From contig JBMNSO010000003.1 in assembly GCA_050945235.1 (NCBI GenBank), positions 1 through 36,677 of the forward strand: DNA of 36,677 bases, written 5' to 3'. Under the pieces are notes generated by a model. That model made no database searches and was not told where the DNA came from. It saw only the letters and a program-made list of their open reading frames with translations. Both the position numbers and the translations under genes were made by a program. The stretch is from Mahellales bacterium (GTDB lineage Bacteria; Bacillota; Clostridia; DUOD01). Shown here in pieces: positions 35,783-36,677 of this stretch (positions within the stretch are counted from its first letter, which is position 1; every line of letters starts with the position of its first letter).

Positions 35783-35800
35783 CGATAAGGAGGGAAAAGA

Positions 35801-36235
35801 ATGAAATCCTTTATGGCGAAGGCTGAAGATGTTAAAAGGAAATGGTATGTTGTGGATGCCGAAGGTAAAACTCTAGGAAGACTTGCTTCACAGATAGCCA
35901 GTATTCTTAGAGGTAAAAATAAACCGATATATACTCCCCATGTGGATACAGGGGACTTCGTTATTGTATTAAACGCAGGAAAGGTAGTACTTACAGGAAA
36001 AAAACTTGATCAAAAAGTATACAGACGTCATTCCATGTATCCCGGCGGGTTGAAGGAAACGCCCTACAGAAGGTTGTTGGCGGAAAAACCTGAAATGGTA
36101 ATATATAATGCGGTAAAGGGCATGCTCCCCCACAATAGCCTGGGAAGGAAGATGCTCAAGAGGCTGAAGGTATATGCCGGAGACGTGCACAACCATGAAG
36201 CACAGCAGCCGGAAGTTTTGAATTTGGATATATAG
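35801..36235 (+). CDS. rplM: 50S ribosomal protein L13
   Basis: [27 protein letters not shown]. Confidence 0.99.
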   Translation: MKSFMAKAEDVKRKWYVVDAEGKTLGRLASQIASILRGKNKPIYTPHVDTGDFVIVLNAGKVVLTGKKLDQKVYRRHSMYPGGLKETPYRRLLAEKPEMVIYNAVKGMLPHNSLGRKMLKRLKVYAGDVHNHEAQQPEVLNLDI

Positions 36236-36265
36236 CAGGAAATGCTGTAGAAAGGAGGAAATCGA

Positions 36266-36658
36266 GTGCCTAAGGTTCAATATTATGGAACGGGTAGAAG
36301 AAAGAAAGCTGTTGCCAGAGTCAGGCTCTACCCTGGAGAAGGAAACATAACTATAAACGGTAGAAATATAGATGACTATTTTGGATTGGAAACATTAAAG
36401 GTAATAGTGCGCCAACCGCTGGCATTGACAGAAACCCTGAGCAGGTTCGATGTAGTGGCAAACGTATCCGGCGGTGGGTTTACCGGCCAGGCTGGTGCCA
36501 TCAGACACGGTATTTCAAGGGCACTGCTCAAGGCGGACGAAGACTTGAGAAAAACCTTGAAAAGAGCGGGTTTCTTAACAAGGGATCCCAGGATGAAGGA
36601 AAGAAAGAAATACGGTCTCAAGGCAGCCCGAAGGGCTCCACAATTCTCAAAGAGGTAA
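36266..36658 (+). CDS. rpsI: 30S ribosomal protein S9
   Basis: [23 protein letters not shown]. Confidence 0.99.
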   Translation: MPKVQYYGTGRRKKAVARVRLYPGEGNITINGRNIDDYFGLETLKVIVRQPLALTETLSRFDVVANVSGGGFTGQAGAIRHGISRALLKADEDLRKTLKRAGFLTRDPRMKERKKYGLKAARRAPQFSKR

Positions 36659-36677
36659 TTGTTGTTGTTTCATTACA

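Overview
Core housekeeping window from a low-GC Firmicute with Clostridia-type gene order. All real genes are on the + strand. It runs from the 3' end of one tuf copy through rpmG-secE-nusG-rplKAJL, rpoBC, an L7Ae-family gene, the str operon (rpsL-rpsG-fusA-tuf), the S10/spc/alpha ribosomal protein clusters (with rpsD inside alpha), ecfA1A2T, truA and rplM-rpsI. Three short genes missing from the ORF track (rpmG, rpmD, rpmJ) were read by hand, and several start codons were corrected using Shine-Dalgarno (SD) spacing. I see no mobile element, CRISPR array, tRNA/rRNA or accessory cargo, and I cannot support a wholly new multi-gene system. The notable signals are fine-scale: a hairpin between the nusG SD and its start codon, a structured rpoB leader with mutually exclusive pairings, a periodic acidic tail on RpoB, a four-Cys insertion in EF-Tu, a Pro-to-Gln change in EF-G at a fusidic-acid-linked position, an extended rpsJ leader with direct repeats, two chained mini-ORFs between rpmC and rpsQ, an enlarged L17 and an in-frame 15-bp triplication in truA.
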